Of a stretch of DNA of 64,000 nt, positions 53,491 to 62,737 are shown in pieces. A program made the position numbers and the translations under genes. Source of the stretch: an uncultured delta proteobacterium (GTDB lineage: Bacteria > Desulfobacterota > Desulfuromonadia > Geobacterales > DSM-12255); NCBI GenBank assembly GCA_963787125.1, contig CAWBBV010000024.1:64001-128000 (forward strand), given 5' to 3'. The stretch's first letter is position 1, and every line of letters starts with the position of its first letter. Under the pieces are notes generated by a model. It was not told the DNA's origin, ran no database searches, and saw only the letters and a list, made by a program, of their open reading frames with translations.

Positions 53491-54672
53491 ATGCTTGTCA
53501 GAATACTGATACAGGCGGTCGTTATTCTGCTTTATAGCGCAGTCATTCATGCTGATGTGCACGATGATCTCAAAGGTATCAATAGCCAGATAAAGGAGAA
53601 GCAGCAGCTTCTTAAACAGACCAAGAAGATTGAAATAAAGGTCTCATCCGAGCTTGTGCTTATCGAAAAGAATCTTAAGGAAAAAGAATCAAATCTGAGC
53701 CATTTGAACAGTGAAATGAAAGTTGTCGAGTCTGGGGTTGCCAATACTCATAAGCAAATGCAGTTGACCCTGGCTGAGATTGATAGTAAAAAAGCGCAGA
53801 TTTCAAGGCGGATCTCTTCTCTTTATAAGGCTGGTGAAATGGGGAATGTGCGGATGTTTTTCTCCTCTGGCTCAATCCCCCAGGCCCTTGAAAATCATCG
53901 CTATATGAAATCAGTACTTGAAACTGACAGGCGACTTTTTCTGGATTACCAGAACAGATTGCTGCAACTAAAAGTTCTGAAAGAAGCTCTTGAGAAAGAA
54001 GCCGAAAAAAAAGAGAAACTTTCCCAGCGCATCAAAGGTAAAAAACTCGAAATAGAGAGTGAAAAAACTAAAAAATCTGTGCTTCTCACGCAAGTCAGGC
54101 AGGAGAAAAAGGAGTATCAGAGCTCTCTCAAAGAGCTGCAGGCAAATGCCCGTAGATTGCAGTCAATGGTTGAAAGGCTTGAAGCCAGAAGCAGAAAGAG
54201 CTATAGTCAAAAGGATGAGAGAAAGAAGTTAGTTCCTGGAGATCATCCGCAACCTCCTGTCAGTGATAAAGGGTTTGGCGCTCAACGAGGCAAACTTTCT
54301 CTGCCGGCAGCAGGCGAGATCATAAGCCGTTTTGGCAAGCATAAGCACCCGGAGTTCAATTCGTTTACCTTCAACAATGGTATTACAGTCGCGGCTGCTA
54401 TGAATGCCGACATCAAAGCTGTTTTTGACGGCGAGGTCATTTTTGCAGACAAGTTCAAAGGTTATGGCAATATGCTGATAATCGATCATGGCGGCGGTTA
54501 TTTCACTCTTTATGCCCACGCAGCCAGAATTGACAGAAAAGTAGGTGCAGTAGTCCATAAAAACGAAGTTGTTGCCCATGTTGGTGATACTGATTCTTCC
54601 AGTGGATCCCAACTTTATTTTGAAATCCGCTATCAGGGTAAGCCGATTGATCCAGGTCCTTGGCTTAGATGA
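53491..54672 (+). CDS. envC: EnvC-like coiled-coil + M23 domain protein
   Basis: Long coiled coil; GYGNMLIIDHG, LYAH, LYFEIR; follows ftsEX. Confidence 0.85.
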   Translation: MLVRILIQAVVILLYSAVIHADVHDDLKGINSQIKEKQQLLKQTKKIEIKVSSELVLIEKNLKEKESNLSHLNSEMKVVESGVANTHKQMQLTLAEIDSKKAQISRRISSLYKAGEMGNVRMFFSSGSIPQALENHRYMKSVLETDRRLFLDYQNRLLQLKVLKEALEKEAEKKEKLSQRIKGKKLEIESEKTKKSVLLTQVRQEKKEYQSSLKELQANARRLQSMVERLEARSRKSYSQKDERKKLVPGDHPQPPVSDKGFGAQRGKLSLPAAGEIISRFGKHKHPEFNSFTFNNGITVAAAMNADIKAVFDGEVIFADKFKGYGNMLIIDHGGGYFTLYAHAARIDRKVGAVVHKNEVVAHVGDTDSSSGSQLYFEIRYQGKPIDPGPWLR

Positions 54673-54744
54673 GGATCAGTTAGATGCAACACATAAAATA
54701 AACCATGTCAGAAAACCATATCTCAAGTTTTAGTTGGAGGATTA

Positions 54745-56070
54745 ATGCTTAGTAATAACCGGGTTCGCAGGTATTTCCTTGTTTCTCTTATAACAGTTCT
54801 CGTCACACTTGTCTCAGTGACTGCATATCGCAGTGCTACTGCGGCTGGCACCGATTATGAGTCTATTGAGCTTTTTACTGATGTTCTGGCGATTGTCAAG
54901 AAGAGCTATGTTGAAGAGGTTGATACAAAAAAGCTGATCTACGGCGCGATCAACGGCATGCTTACAGCACTTGATCCGCACAGCTCCTTCATGCCGCCTG
55001 AAACTTACAAGGAACTGAAAATTGATACAAAAGGGGAGTTTGGCGGTCTTGGCATCGAAATATCCATCAAGGACGGGGTGCTCACGGTTATCTCTCCAAT
55101 TGAAGATACTCCGGCCTTTCGCGCCGGCGTAAAGTCAGGAGACCAGATTCTCAAGATCGATGACAAATTCACCAAAGACCTCTCTATCATGGATGCAGTC
55201 AAACGAATGCGCGGCAACAAGGGGAGCAAGGTTACCCTTACCCTTATGCGCGAAGGTTTTGACAAGCCTAAAGAGTTTCCGCTTGTCAGGGACGTAATTC
55301 AGGTTAAGAGTGTCAAGTTCAAGATGCTTGATGATGGCTACGGTTATGTGCGCATTGCCCAATTCCAGGAGAAAACTTCTGACGATCTGCAAAAAGCCCT
55401 TGCCAGTCTGAATGAAACCAGCAAGGGAAAGCTGAAAGGACTTGTCCTTGATCTCCGCAATGATCCCGGCGGGCTTCTGGATCAGGCGGTCAAAGTATCG
55501 GAAACATTCCTCAATGAAGGTCAGCTGATTGTTTATACGGAAGGGCGGGAAAAAGATGCCCAGATGAAATTCTCTTCCCGAAAAGGCGACAAACAGCCGA
55601 ATTATCCGATAGTTGCTCTTATCAACAGCGGGAGTGCCAGCGCTTCCGAGATTGTTGCCGGCGCACTTCAGGATCACAAACGTGCAGTAGTCATGGGTGT
55701 ACAGAGTTTTGGCAAAGGTTCTGTGCAAACAATCATTCCACTCTCCGACAATTCCGGTCTCAGACTGACAACTGCAAAATATTTCACCCCTAGTGGCAGG
55801 TCGATTCAAGCCAAAGGGATAACACCAGACATCGTGGTGGAGAGGATTGAATTAGCATCTACTGAAAAGAAAGAGTCGATGCATCTGCGGGAAAAAGATC
55901 TGGATAATCACTTTGAAAATGACAAAAAAGAGCAGCCCTCAGTGCAGAAGGAGACTCTTCCGCTCTACAAGACCGATGAGCAGGTGAAGAATGACTATCA
56001 GTTGCTGCGAGCGCTTGATCTTCTCAAAGGGTGGGAGATTCTCAAGAAGGTCATGGTTACATCTTCGTAA
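54745..56070 (+). CDS. ctpA: C-terminal processing peptidase (S41) with PDZ domain
   Basis: LDPHS, GLGIEI, DLRNDPGG, SASASEI, FGKGSVQ. Confidence 0.93.
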   Translation: MLSNNRVRRYFLVSLITVLVTLVSVTAYRSATAAGTDYESIELFTDVLAIVKKSYVEEVDTKKLIYGAINGMLTALDPHSSFMPPETYKELKIDTKGEFGGLGIEISIKDGVLTVISPIEDTPAFRAGVKSGDQILKIDDKFTKDLSIMDAVKRMRGNKGSKVTLTLMREGFDKPKEFPLVRDVIQVKSVKFKMLDDGYGYVRIAQFQEKTSDDLQKALASLNETSKGKLKGLVLDLRNDPGGLLDQAVKVSETFLNEGQLIVYTEGREKDAQMKFSSRKGDKQPNYPIVALINSGSASASEIVAGALQDHKRAVVMGVQSFGKGSVQTIIPLSDNSGLRLTTAKYFTPSGRSIQAKGITPDIVVERIELASTEKKESMHLREKDLDNHFENDKKEQPSVQKETLPLYKTDEQVKNDYQLLRALDLLKGWEILKKVMVTSS

Positions 56071-56094
56071 TTCTGCAGTATCCAAGAGGAATTT

Positions 56095-57468
56095 ATGCGA
56101 AAGATTTTTTTAGCAGCAGCCATGATGATGTTTCTCCAGTTAACAGTTAAAGCCGACGCTGCATCTATTTTTGTAGTGCCTGGCGGGAACGGTGTTTATT
56201 ATGTGAGAGGCGTTGATTTCAATGAAATCGGTGGTGTTGAAGTAGAGATCCAGTATGACACTGCCACTCTCTCCAATCCCAGGATTACTCAGGGGGCAAT
56301 GCTTGCATCAACAATGTTTATCCCGAACACTAAGTTCAGCGCATCCTCAGTCAAGATTGCAGCAATGTCACTATCTGCTATCAAAGGCAGCGGTGATCTG
56401 GCAGTTTTAAACTTTGACCTTAAGGGTGGCGCACCTGGTTCTGTTTCAATTATTAGATCAAAGCTTGCTGCTGCGACAGGTACAGCTGTCAAGCATGACA
56501 CACCGACAGCCCCTGTTAATACACCTAATGACCCAGGGGCAACACAAGCTGGTTACACCCCCACAACTGGCCAATCAAGCGGCTCCGCTACTGCAGGCGC
56601 CGCCTCTGGTGGAGTGTCTGGCGGAGTGTCTGGCAGTCCGTCAATAGGCACAATAACTCTGCCGCAGGACCAGCTTGCCTCAACAGACAAAAAGACCGAG
56701 TATCAACCTCTGGTGACTGACCTGCGCAAAGATATGACTATACCGCTTGGGGGGGCTGAGGCAGGACAGAGCAGTGTTGGTAAGCAGAAGGATAACAAGG
56801 GGAAAGAAGAGGAAAAGAAATTTGTCTCCTATAAAAGCGTGCAGCAGTTTTTCAAGGAGTTCAAGGGCGAAAAAACACCAAAGGATCTGATTGCCATCTT
56901 TGCAGATGCCCAGATACCAGGGTTCACTCAAGAACCACCAATCGCCTTTACTGACGGTAAAACTCCGTTACGGCTCACTTTGGTGCTGAAGCAGAGCGGC
57001 AGCGAAGCCCCTAAATTCATCATGCAAGGGGCAAATATAAAGCAGTTGAGCGAGGAAGGTGAGGAGCTAATAACCTGGAATATAGACGCTATTCCCAGGA
57101 AAGACGCTGCAGAGGCAACGCTGACGATTATCGATGGTCAAATTATCATGGAGATTCCTCTGACGGTCACTGCCAAGATTGATCCTCTCCTGACAAAGGG
57201 TAAGGCACTTTCAGAAGCTGATTTTGCCCTCTATCTTAGTAAGCCGGCCAAGTTTGATCTTAATAAAGATGAGAAATTTGATGCGCAGGATGATTTTATT
57301 TACACGGCAAACTATATCAGCGCCATGAAGATCAAACCGGAAAAACTGAGGAAAGAAGAGAAAAAAGAGCAGTCAAAGCCGGAAGTGAAAAGTGAGAAAA
57401 CAACAGAACCTGCCAAGGCAAAGGATGAGAAGGGTAAAAGTGCAGATAAGCCTACTCTAAAGCCTTAA
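56095..57468 (+). CDS. Secreted protein with N-terminal cohesin-like domain and C-terminal dockerin/EF-hand-like motif
   Basis: Signal peptide; GVEVEIQYD...GSGDLAVLNF; P/T/G/S linker; FDLNKDEKFDAQDD; Lys/Glu tail. Confidence 0.65.
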   Translation: MRKIFLAAAMMMFLQLTVKADAASIFVVPGGNGVYYVRGVDFNEIGGVEVEIQYDTATLSNPRITQGAMLASTMFIPNTKFSASSVKIAAMSLSAIKGSGDLAVLNFDLKGGAPGSVSIIRSKLAAATGTAVKHDTPTAPVNTPNDPGATQAGYTPTTGQSSGSATAGAASGGVSGGVSGSPSIGTITLPQDQLASTDKKTEYQPLVTDLRKDMTIPLGGAEAGQSSVGKQKDNKGKEEEKKFVSYKSVQQFFKEFKGEKTPKDLIAIFADAQIPGFTQEPPIAFTDGKTPLRLTLVLKQSGSEAPKFIMQGANIKQLSEEGEELITWNIDAIPRKDAAEATLTIIDGQIIMEIPLTVTAKIDPLLTKGKALSEADFALYLSKPAKFDLNKDEKFDAQDDFIYTANYISAMKIKPEKLRKEEKKEQSKPEVKSEKTTEPAKAKDEKGKSADKPTLKP

Positions 57469-57511
57469 ATACAATTTGCCTCAAAGTTGGGAATTAAAGA
57501 CCTCCGGAGGA

Positions 57512-58369
57512 TCAAAATCCCGGAGGTCTTTTTTGTTCAAGAGCTGCAAGTATCTCAGAGGTAACCTGAAGGTTGCCACGTCCTTTGCCCATGAATAAAC
57601 CTTCTTCAGTCCCGTGAAAATCGGAGCCTCCGGTTACTACAAGTCCCATAGAGTCAGCAAGATGGCGCAAGAATCCTTCATCGCCGTCAAATCCCATGGT
57701 GTTGAACGCTTCTATGCCGCCAAGACCTCTTAAGCACATATCCCTGATGATCATCAAAAGCTCTTCCCGGCTGCGGGACATGCTCTGGGGGTGGGCGAGT
57801 ACCGGCACTCCGCCGATCCGTCTGATCTCTTTCACCGCTTCATCGAAGGCCAGATATTCTTTCGGCACATTGCACGGTACAAGGTAATTATTGAAAGCAT
57901 CCTGCATATTGGCTGCATAACCTTTTGCAATGAGTATCCTGGCGATATGAGGTCTTCCGAGAGATCCTTCTGCAAGCGCCATTACCTCACTGCTTTCTAT
58001 CGGCTGCCTCCCTTCTGAATCAAGCTTGCTGTTTATCCTTTCAATTACGTGCAACCCCCTGCTTTCCCGTTTTTCACGGAAATGTGTCAGCAGGTCTACA
58101 AAGGCTTGATCTGAATGATCAATCCAGTAGCCGAGGATGTGGACATCGTGGTATTTTTCATATTCAACAGAGAGCTCTACTGCCGGAATTACTTTGATAG
58201 CGAATCTTGCCGCCGCGCTGATCGCTTCATCTATTCCGTCGATCGAGTCATGATCGGCAATTGCAATAGCCGATAATTTAGCATCAGCAGCCATCCTTAT
58301 CAGTTCTGCCGGTTTAAATACGCCGTCAGATGAGGTTGAGTGTATATGCAAGTCTACAAGTTGTGCCAT
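57512..58369 (-). CDS. PHP-domain phosphoesterase (TrpH/YciV-like)
   Basis: DLHIHSTSSDG, IADHD, GRPH, LAHP, GGSDFHG. Confidence 0.92.
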   Translation of the reverse strand: MAQLVDLHIHSTSSDGVFKPAELIRMAADAKLSAIAIADHDSIDGIDEAISAAARFAIKVIPAVELSVEYEKYHDVHILGYWIDHSDQAFVDLLTHFREKRESRGLHVIERINSKLDSEGRQPIESSEVMALAEGSLGRPHIARILIAKGYAANMQDAFNNYLVPCNVPKEYLAFDEAVKEIRRIGGVPVLAHPQSMSRSREELLMIIRDMCLRGLGGIEAFNTMGFDGDEGFLRHLADSMGLVVTGGSDFHGTEEGLFMGKGRGNLQVTSEILAALEQKRPPGF

Positions 58370-58409
58370 TTATAATTCCTTATGTTTGCAGAAGGTTATG
58401 GAGATCGGG

Positions 58410-59063
58410 ATGAAATTTGATATTGATGCTGTAATTGCAATTCTAGAAGATGCAGTTGTTGTCTGGGACACTCCGGCAGTAACCATAATATCCCAACGGG
58501 ATGGCGACCCGTTCAAGGTGCTGATCTCCTGTATCCTGTCGTTAAGGACAAAAGATACAACGACCGGACCAGCATCACTGAGACTTTTCAATCTTGCCGA
58601 CACTCCGCAAAAGATGCTGCAGCTCGATCAGCTGAATATTGAAGAGGCAATCTACCCGGTGGGTTTCTTCAGGAACAAGAGTGCGCAGATTTTGGAAATA
58701 TGCCGATTGCTGCTAGAAAAATATGCCGGATGCGTTCCGGAGTCAATAGAAGAACTGCTCACATTCAAAGGGGTCGGTAGAAAAACTGCCAATCTTGTGG
58801 TTACGCTCGGCTTTAATAAACCAGGAATATGCGTTGATACCCATGTACACAGGATCTGTAATCATTGGGGCTACGTAAAGACTAAAACGCCGGAAGAGAC
58901 CGAATTCAGGCTGCGAGAGATTCTTCCGGAACGATACTGGTTACGAATAAATGACTTGCTGGTGACATTCGGCCAGAATCTCTGCAAACCGGTTTCACCA
59001 CTATGTTCACAGTGCCCGCTCTATATTTTCTGTGAGCGAAACAATGTTACAAAAAATAGGTGA
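58410..59063 (+). CDS. nth: Endonuclease III
   Basis: HhH GVGRKTAN, VDTHV, CKPVSPLCSQCPLYIFC [4Fe-4S] motif. Confidence 0.92.
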   Translation: MKFDIDAVIAILEDAVVVWDTPAVTIISQRDGDPFKVLISCILSLRTKDTTTGPASLRLFNLADTPQKMLQLDQLNIEEAIYPVGFFRNKSAQILEICRLLLEKYAGCVPESIEELLTFKGVGRKTANLVVTLGFNKPGICVDTHVHRICNHWGYVKTKTPEETEFRLREILPERYWLRINDLLVTFGQNLCKPVSPLCSQCPLYIFCERNNVTKNR

Positions 59064-59148
59064 GCCAATATTGCATTCTTCTATTAAATCTGTATAGTAA
59101 CGGATCAGTTTATAATGCTTTTAATCAATCTCTTCTTGGAGGTCGGTC

Positions 59149-60015
59149 ATGTTGAAAAAAGTTGGATTTCTTGGTCTGGGAACTGTCGGCAAGCATATGG
59201 CAATCAATCTTCTCAAAGGCAATTACGACCTGACAGTCTATGATTCTGACAGGTCAGTCGCAGCCGAACTTGTAGTCCTTGGCGCGAAGCTTGCTAATAC
59301 CCCGCGTGAGGCTGCCAAAGGGATGGACATAGTTCTTCATATCCGCCCGGAGAAAGAGCGGCTTAGGCCAGATATCTACGGCGATGACGGTATTTTTGCA
59401 GGCATTGATCCTGGTACAATTCTGGTGGATATGGGAACCCATTCGCTGGAAAGCACTCTTGAGATCGCCGATGAAGCTGCCAAACATCGCGTTCAGTTTC
59501 TGGATGCACCGGTCTGGGGAACAAAGGAGCATGCTGCCAACGGGCTGATTACCATACTGGCAGGGGGCGATTTGTCAACTATTGGCCGTTGTCGGGAACT
59601 TTTTTCTCACTTTGGACTCAGCATTATTCATGTCGGCGCGGTTGGCGATGGAACCAGGATGAAGTTTATAGTCAATCTGGTTCAAGCCGAGCTGCTTCAG
59701 GCTCTTTCTGAAGGACTGGTCTTTGGAGAGAAAATGGGTTTCTCAGCGGATAAGATTCTCGAAGTGCTTGATTCTGGCGGAGTTGCTTCACCACTTTTCC
59801 ATTCAAAGGGGCGAACAATGGCTAGAGGCGATTTTACCCGTAATCTTGCCCTCAAATATGTCCATCAGCAGCTTGAACTGGTTCTTGATCAGGCCAAGAA
59901 GCTTGAGCTTGATCTTCCCGGCGCAGCCTGTGCCTGTAGCCTCTACGAGCAGGCCGATAAGGATGGCAGAGGCGAAGAGGATTTTTCTGCTGTTATCAAG
60001 GTTCTCAGGAAATAG
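59149..60015 (+). CDS. Beta-hydroxyacid dehydrogenase family NAD(P)-dependent oxidoreductase
   Basis: GFLGLGTVG, FLDAPVWG, MKFIVN. Confidence 0.88.
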   Translation: MLKKVGFLGLGTVGKHMAINLLKGNYDLTVYDSDRSVAAELVVLGAKLANTPREAAKGMDIVLHIRPEKERLRPDIYGDDGIFAGIDPGTILVDMGTHSLESTLEIADEAAKHRVQFLDAPVWGTKEHAANGLITILAGGDLSTIGRCRELFSHFGLSIIHVGAVGDGTRMKFIVNLVQAELLQALSEGLVFGEKMGFSADKILEVLDSGGVASPLFHSKGRTMARGDFTRNLALKYVHQQLELVLDQAKKLELDLPGAACACSLYEQADKDGRGEEDFSAVIKVLRK

Positions 60016-60036
60016 CGATTCGAAGTCAGCTTATAC

Positions 60037-60069
60037 AAAAGGACAGTCTAAAGCGACTGTCCTTTTTTT
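60037..60069 (+). terminator. Intrinsic terminator
   Basis: AAAAGGACAGTC-TAAAGC-GACTGTCCTTTTTTT. Confidence 0.8.
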
Positions 60070-60111
60070 CGTAACTGGTCTCAGATAAATTATGAAGGAG
60101 ATTTGCAAACA

Positions 60112-61788
60112 ATGAGTATAGATCCGAACAAAGTAATTTACTCAATGATGAGGGTTTCAAAGTTTTACGACAAAAAACCGGTCATTAAGGACATTTCCCT
60201 TTCCTATTTCTATGGGGCTAAAATAGGTGTCCTTGGTCTGAACGGCTCAGGTAAAAGCTCTCTTTTGCGAATAATGGCCGGAGTTGACAACGACTATAAC
60301 GGCAAGGCTGTCCTGTCCCAAGGCTACTCTGTCGGCTTTCTTGAGCAGGAGCCAAAGCTTGATGAAGCTAAAAACGTCAGGCAGATTGTGGAAGAGGGGT
60401 GTCAGGAGACCGTTGATCTACTGGCAGAGTTCAACGCCATCACTGACAAGTTTTCCGAGCCGGATGCTGATTTTGAAAAACTCTGTGATCGTCAGGCTGT
60501 ACTTCAGGATAAACTTGACCATTTGGATGCCTGGGATCTTGATGCAAGGCTTGAAATGGCGATGGATGCTCTCCGTTGCCCAGATGGTGATGCTTCTGTG
60601 AAAATCCTGTCAGGCGGGGAGAAAAGACGTGTTGCTCTCTGCCGCCTTTTGTTGCAAAAACCTGATATTCTCCTGCTTGATGAGCCTACCAATCATCTTG
60701 ACGCCGAAACTGTGGCCTGGCTTGAGCAGCATCTACAGAGGTATGAAGGGACTGTCATTGCTGTTACTCATGATCGTTACTTTCTTGACAATGTTGCCGG
60801 TTGGATCCTTGAGCTTGACAGAGGCGAGGGAATCCCCTGGAAAGGAAATTATTCATCATGGCTGGAGCAGAAACAGAACCGGCTTGCCACAGAAGAGAAA
60901 CAGGAGAGCGATCGTCAGAAAACTCTGCAAAGAGAGCTTGAATGGATAAGGATGTCACCAAAAGGGCGTCATGCCAAGTCACAGGCGCGTATTACAGCTT
61001 ACGACCAGCTGGTCTCGCAGGAAACTGACAAGTTGGCCAAAGATCTGGAGATTTATATTCCATCAGGTCCGCGGCTCGGTGATGTCGTCATAGAGGCTGA
61101 TTCAGTCTCAAAAGCCTTTGGTGATCGGCTCCTCTTTGACTCCCTCTCGTTCAGGCTCCCAAAAGGTGGCATCGTCGGCGTAATAGGGCCAAACGGTGCA
61201 GGAAAAACTACCCTTTTCAGGATGATAACAGGTCAGGAAGTCGCTGACAGTGGCACTTTCAAGGTTGGTGAGACCGTGAAAGTTGGATATGTGGATCAGA
61301 GTCGGGATTCGCTTGATGCAGAAAAAAATATCTGGGAGGAGATTTCGGAAGGTGCTGAGCAGATTCAGCTGGGTAAGATATCCGTCAACTCAAGAGCTTA
61401 TGTGTCCAGATTTAATTTTTCCGGCGCTGATCAGCAGAAAAAGGTCGGAATGATTTCCGGAGGGGAAAGGAACAGGGTTCATCTCGCTAAAATTCTAAAA
61501 GAGGGGGCAAATGTGCTGCTTCTTGACGAACCAACCAACGATCTTGATGTCAATACCATGAGAGCTCTTGAAGAGGCATTGGAGAACTTTACCGGCTGTG
61601 CCGTGGTCATCAGTCACGACAGGTGGTTCCTTGACAGGATAGCTACCCATATTCTTGCTTTTGAAGGTGAGAGTTCTGTGGTCTGGTTTGAAGGTAATTT
61701 CTCAGAGTATGAAGAAGATAGAAAAAGACGACTTGGTGCTGCGGCTGACCAACCCCACCGGATCAGATACCGCTCTCTGACAAGATAG
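60112..61788 (+). CDS. ettA: Energy-dependent translational throttle ABC-F protein
   Basis: Two ABC domains; GAKIGVLGLNGSGKS, GEGIPWKGNYSSWLEQK, ELEWIR. Confidence 0.95.
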   Translation: MSIDPNKVIYSMMRVSKFYDKKPVIKDISLSYFYGAKIGVLGLNGSGKSSLLRIMAGVDNDYNGKAVLSQGYSVGFLEQEPKLDEAKNVRQIVEEGCQETVDLLAEFNAITDKFSEPDADFEKLCDRQAVLQDKLDHLDAWDLDARLEMAMDALRCPDGDASVKILSGGEKRRVALCRLLLQKPDILLLDEPTNHLDAETVAWLEQHLQRYEGTVIAVTHDRYFLDNVAGWILELDRGEGIPWKGNYSSWLEQKQNRLATEEKQESDRQKTLQRELEWIRMSPKGRHAKSQARITAYDQLVSQETDKLAKDLEIYIPSGPRLGDVVIEADSVSKAFGDRLLFDSLSFRLPKGGIVGVIGPNGAGKTTLFRMITGQEVADSGTFKVGETVKVGYVDQSRDSLDAEKNIWEEISEGAEQIQLGKISVNSRAYVSRFNFSGADQQKKVGMISGGERNRVHLAKILKEGANVLLLDEPTNDLDVNTMRALEEALENFTGCAVVISHDRWFLDRIATHILAFEGESSVVWFEGNFSEYEEDRKRRLGAAADQPHRIRYRSLTR

Positions 61789-61804
61789 CAACAGTGAGGT
61801 TATA

Positions 61805-62737
61805 GTGGCTGGAAAACCTAATAAGTTAAAGCAGTCTCGCAGCTCAGGGTCAACTTTCAGGTGGTGGCACCTGGTTATACTCATTGTTTTGATTACAGCC
61901 CTGTTCCTTTTTCTTGAACGACTTAAATCAGCTTATCAGAAAGGGGCAGGGCAGAAGCCATCGGTCGAAAGTACAGGGCCACTGGTAATAGTTACTCCTG
62001 ACCATCAACAGAAAAGCTATACAACCGTTTATCCAGCTACCAAAATGCCGGCTGCTCCAGCAGCTCGCCATCTTTCGGGCACTATGGCTATAATTGTAGA
62101 TGATATGGGGAGCAGTCTCAAAGAAGCAACTGAGCTGCTTGCCATTGATATTCCGTTAACCTTTTCAATAATACCTGGGCTGGCCAAGGTTAAAATTGTT
62201 GCTGAGGCGATAAAGTCTGCTGGCCGCGACATTATGGTGCATATTCCCATGGAGCCACAAGGGTACCCGCAGCAGAGGCTGGAGGCAAATGGTCTTCTGG
62301 TTTCTCTTTCTGATGAGGAGATCACTTCAAGAACAGTGTCAATGCTAAACGCTCTACCAGATGCTGTCGGCGCCAATAATCACATGGGGTCACGTTTTAC
62401 AGAGCATAAAGAGAAGATGTTGCCAGTGCTGCAGGTGTTGAAGGGCAGGGGACTGTTTTTTATAGACAGTCGGACTACCCCTAAGTCTACAGGTTATGCC
62501 GAGGCTGGGCGTATGGGGTTAAAGTCTGCCACGAGAAATGTATTTCTGGATAATAAGCAGGATGTTGCAGCGATAAAGAAACAACTTTACGTTGCCGCAG
62601 AGATGGCGAAGAAGAGTGGTGGGGTGATTGCGATCTGTCATCCCCATCCTGCAACTATTGCGGCTCTCAAAGAGGCGCTGCCTGAACTGCAGAGAGCCGG
62701 GGTGAAATTTGTTGCTGCAAGTGAACTTGTCAGGTAA
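61805..62737 (+). CDS. Divergent polysaccharide deacetylase (YibQ family)
   Basis: AIIVDDMG, HIPMEP, NNHMGSRFT, FIDSRT, AICHP. Confidence 0.92.
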   Translation: MAGKPNKLKQSRSSGSTFRWWHLVILIVLITALFLFLERLKSAYQKGAGQKPSVESTGPLVIVTPDHQQKSYTTVYPATKMPAAPAARHLSGTMAIIVDDMGSSLKEATELLAIDIPLTFSIIPGLAKVKIVAEAIKSAGRDIMVHIPMEPQGYPQQRLEANGLLVSLSDEEITSRTVSMLNALPDAVGANNHMGSRFTEHKEKMLPVLQVLKGRGLFFIDSRTTPKSTGYAEAGRMGLKSATRNVFLDNKQDVAAIKKQLYVAAEMAKKSGGVIAICHPHPATIAALKEALPELQRAGVKFVAASELVR

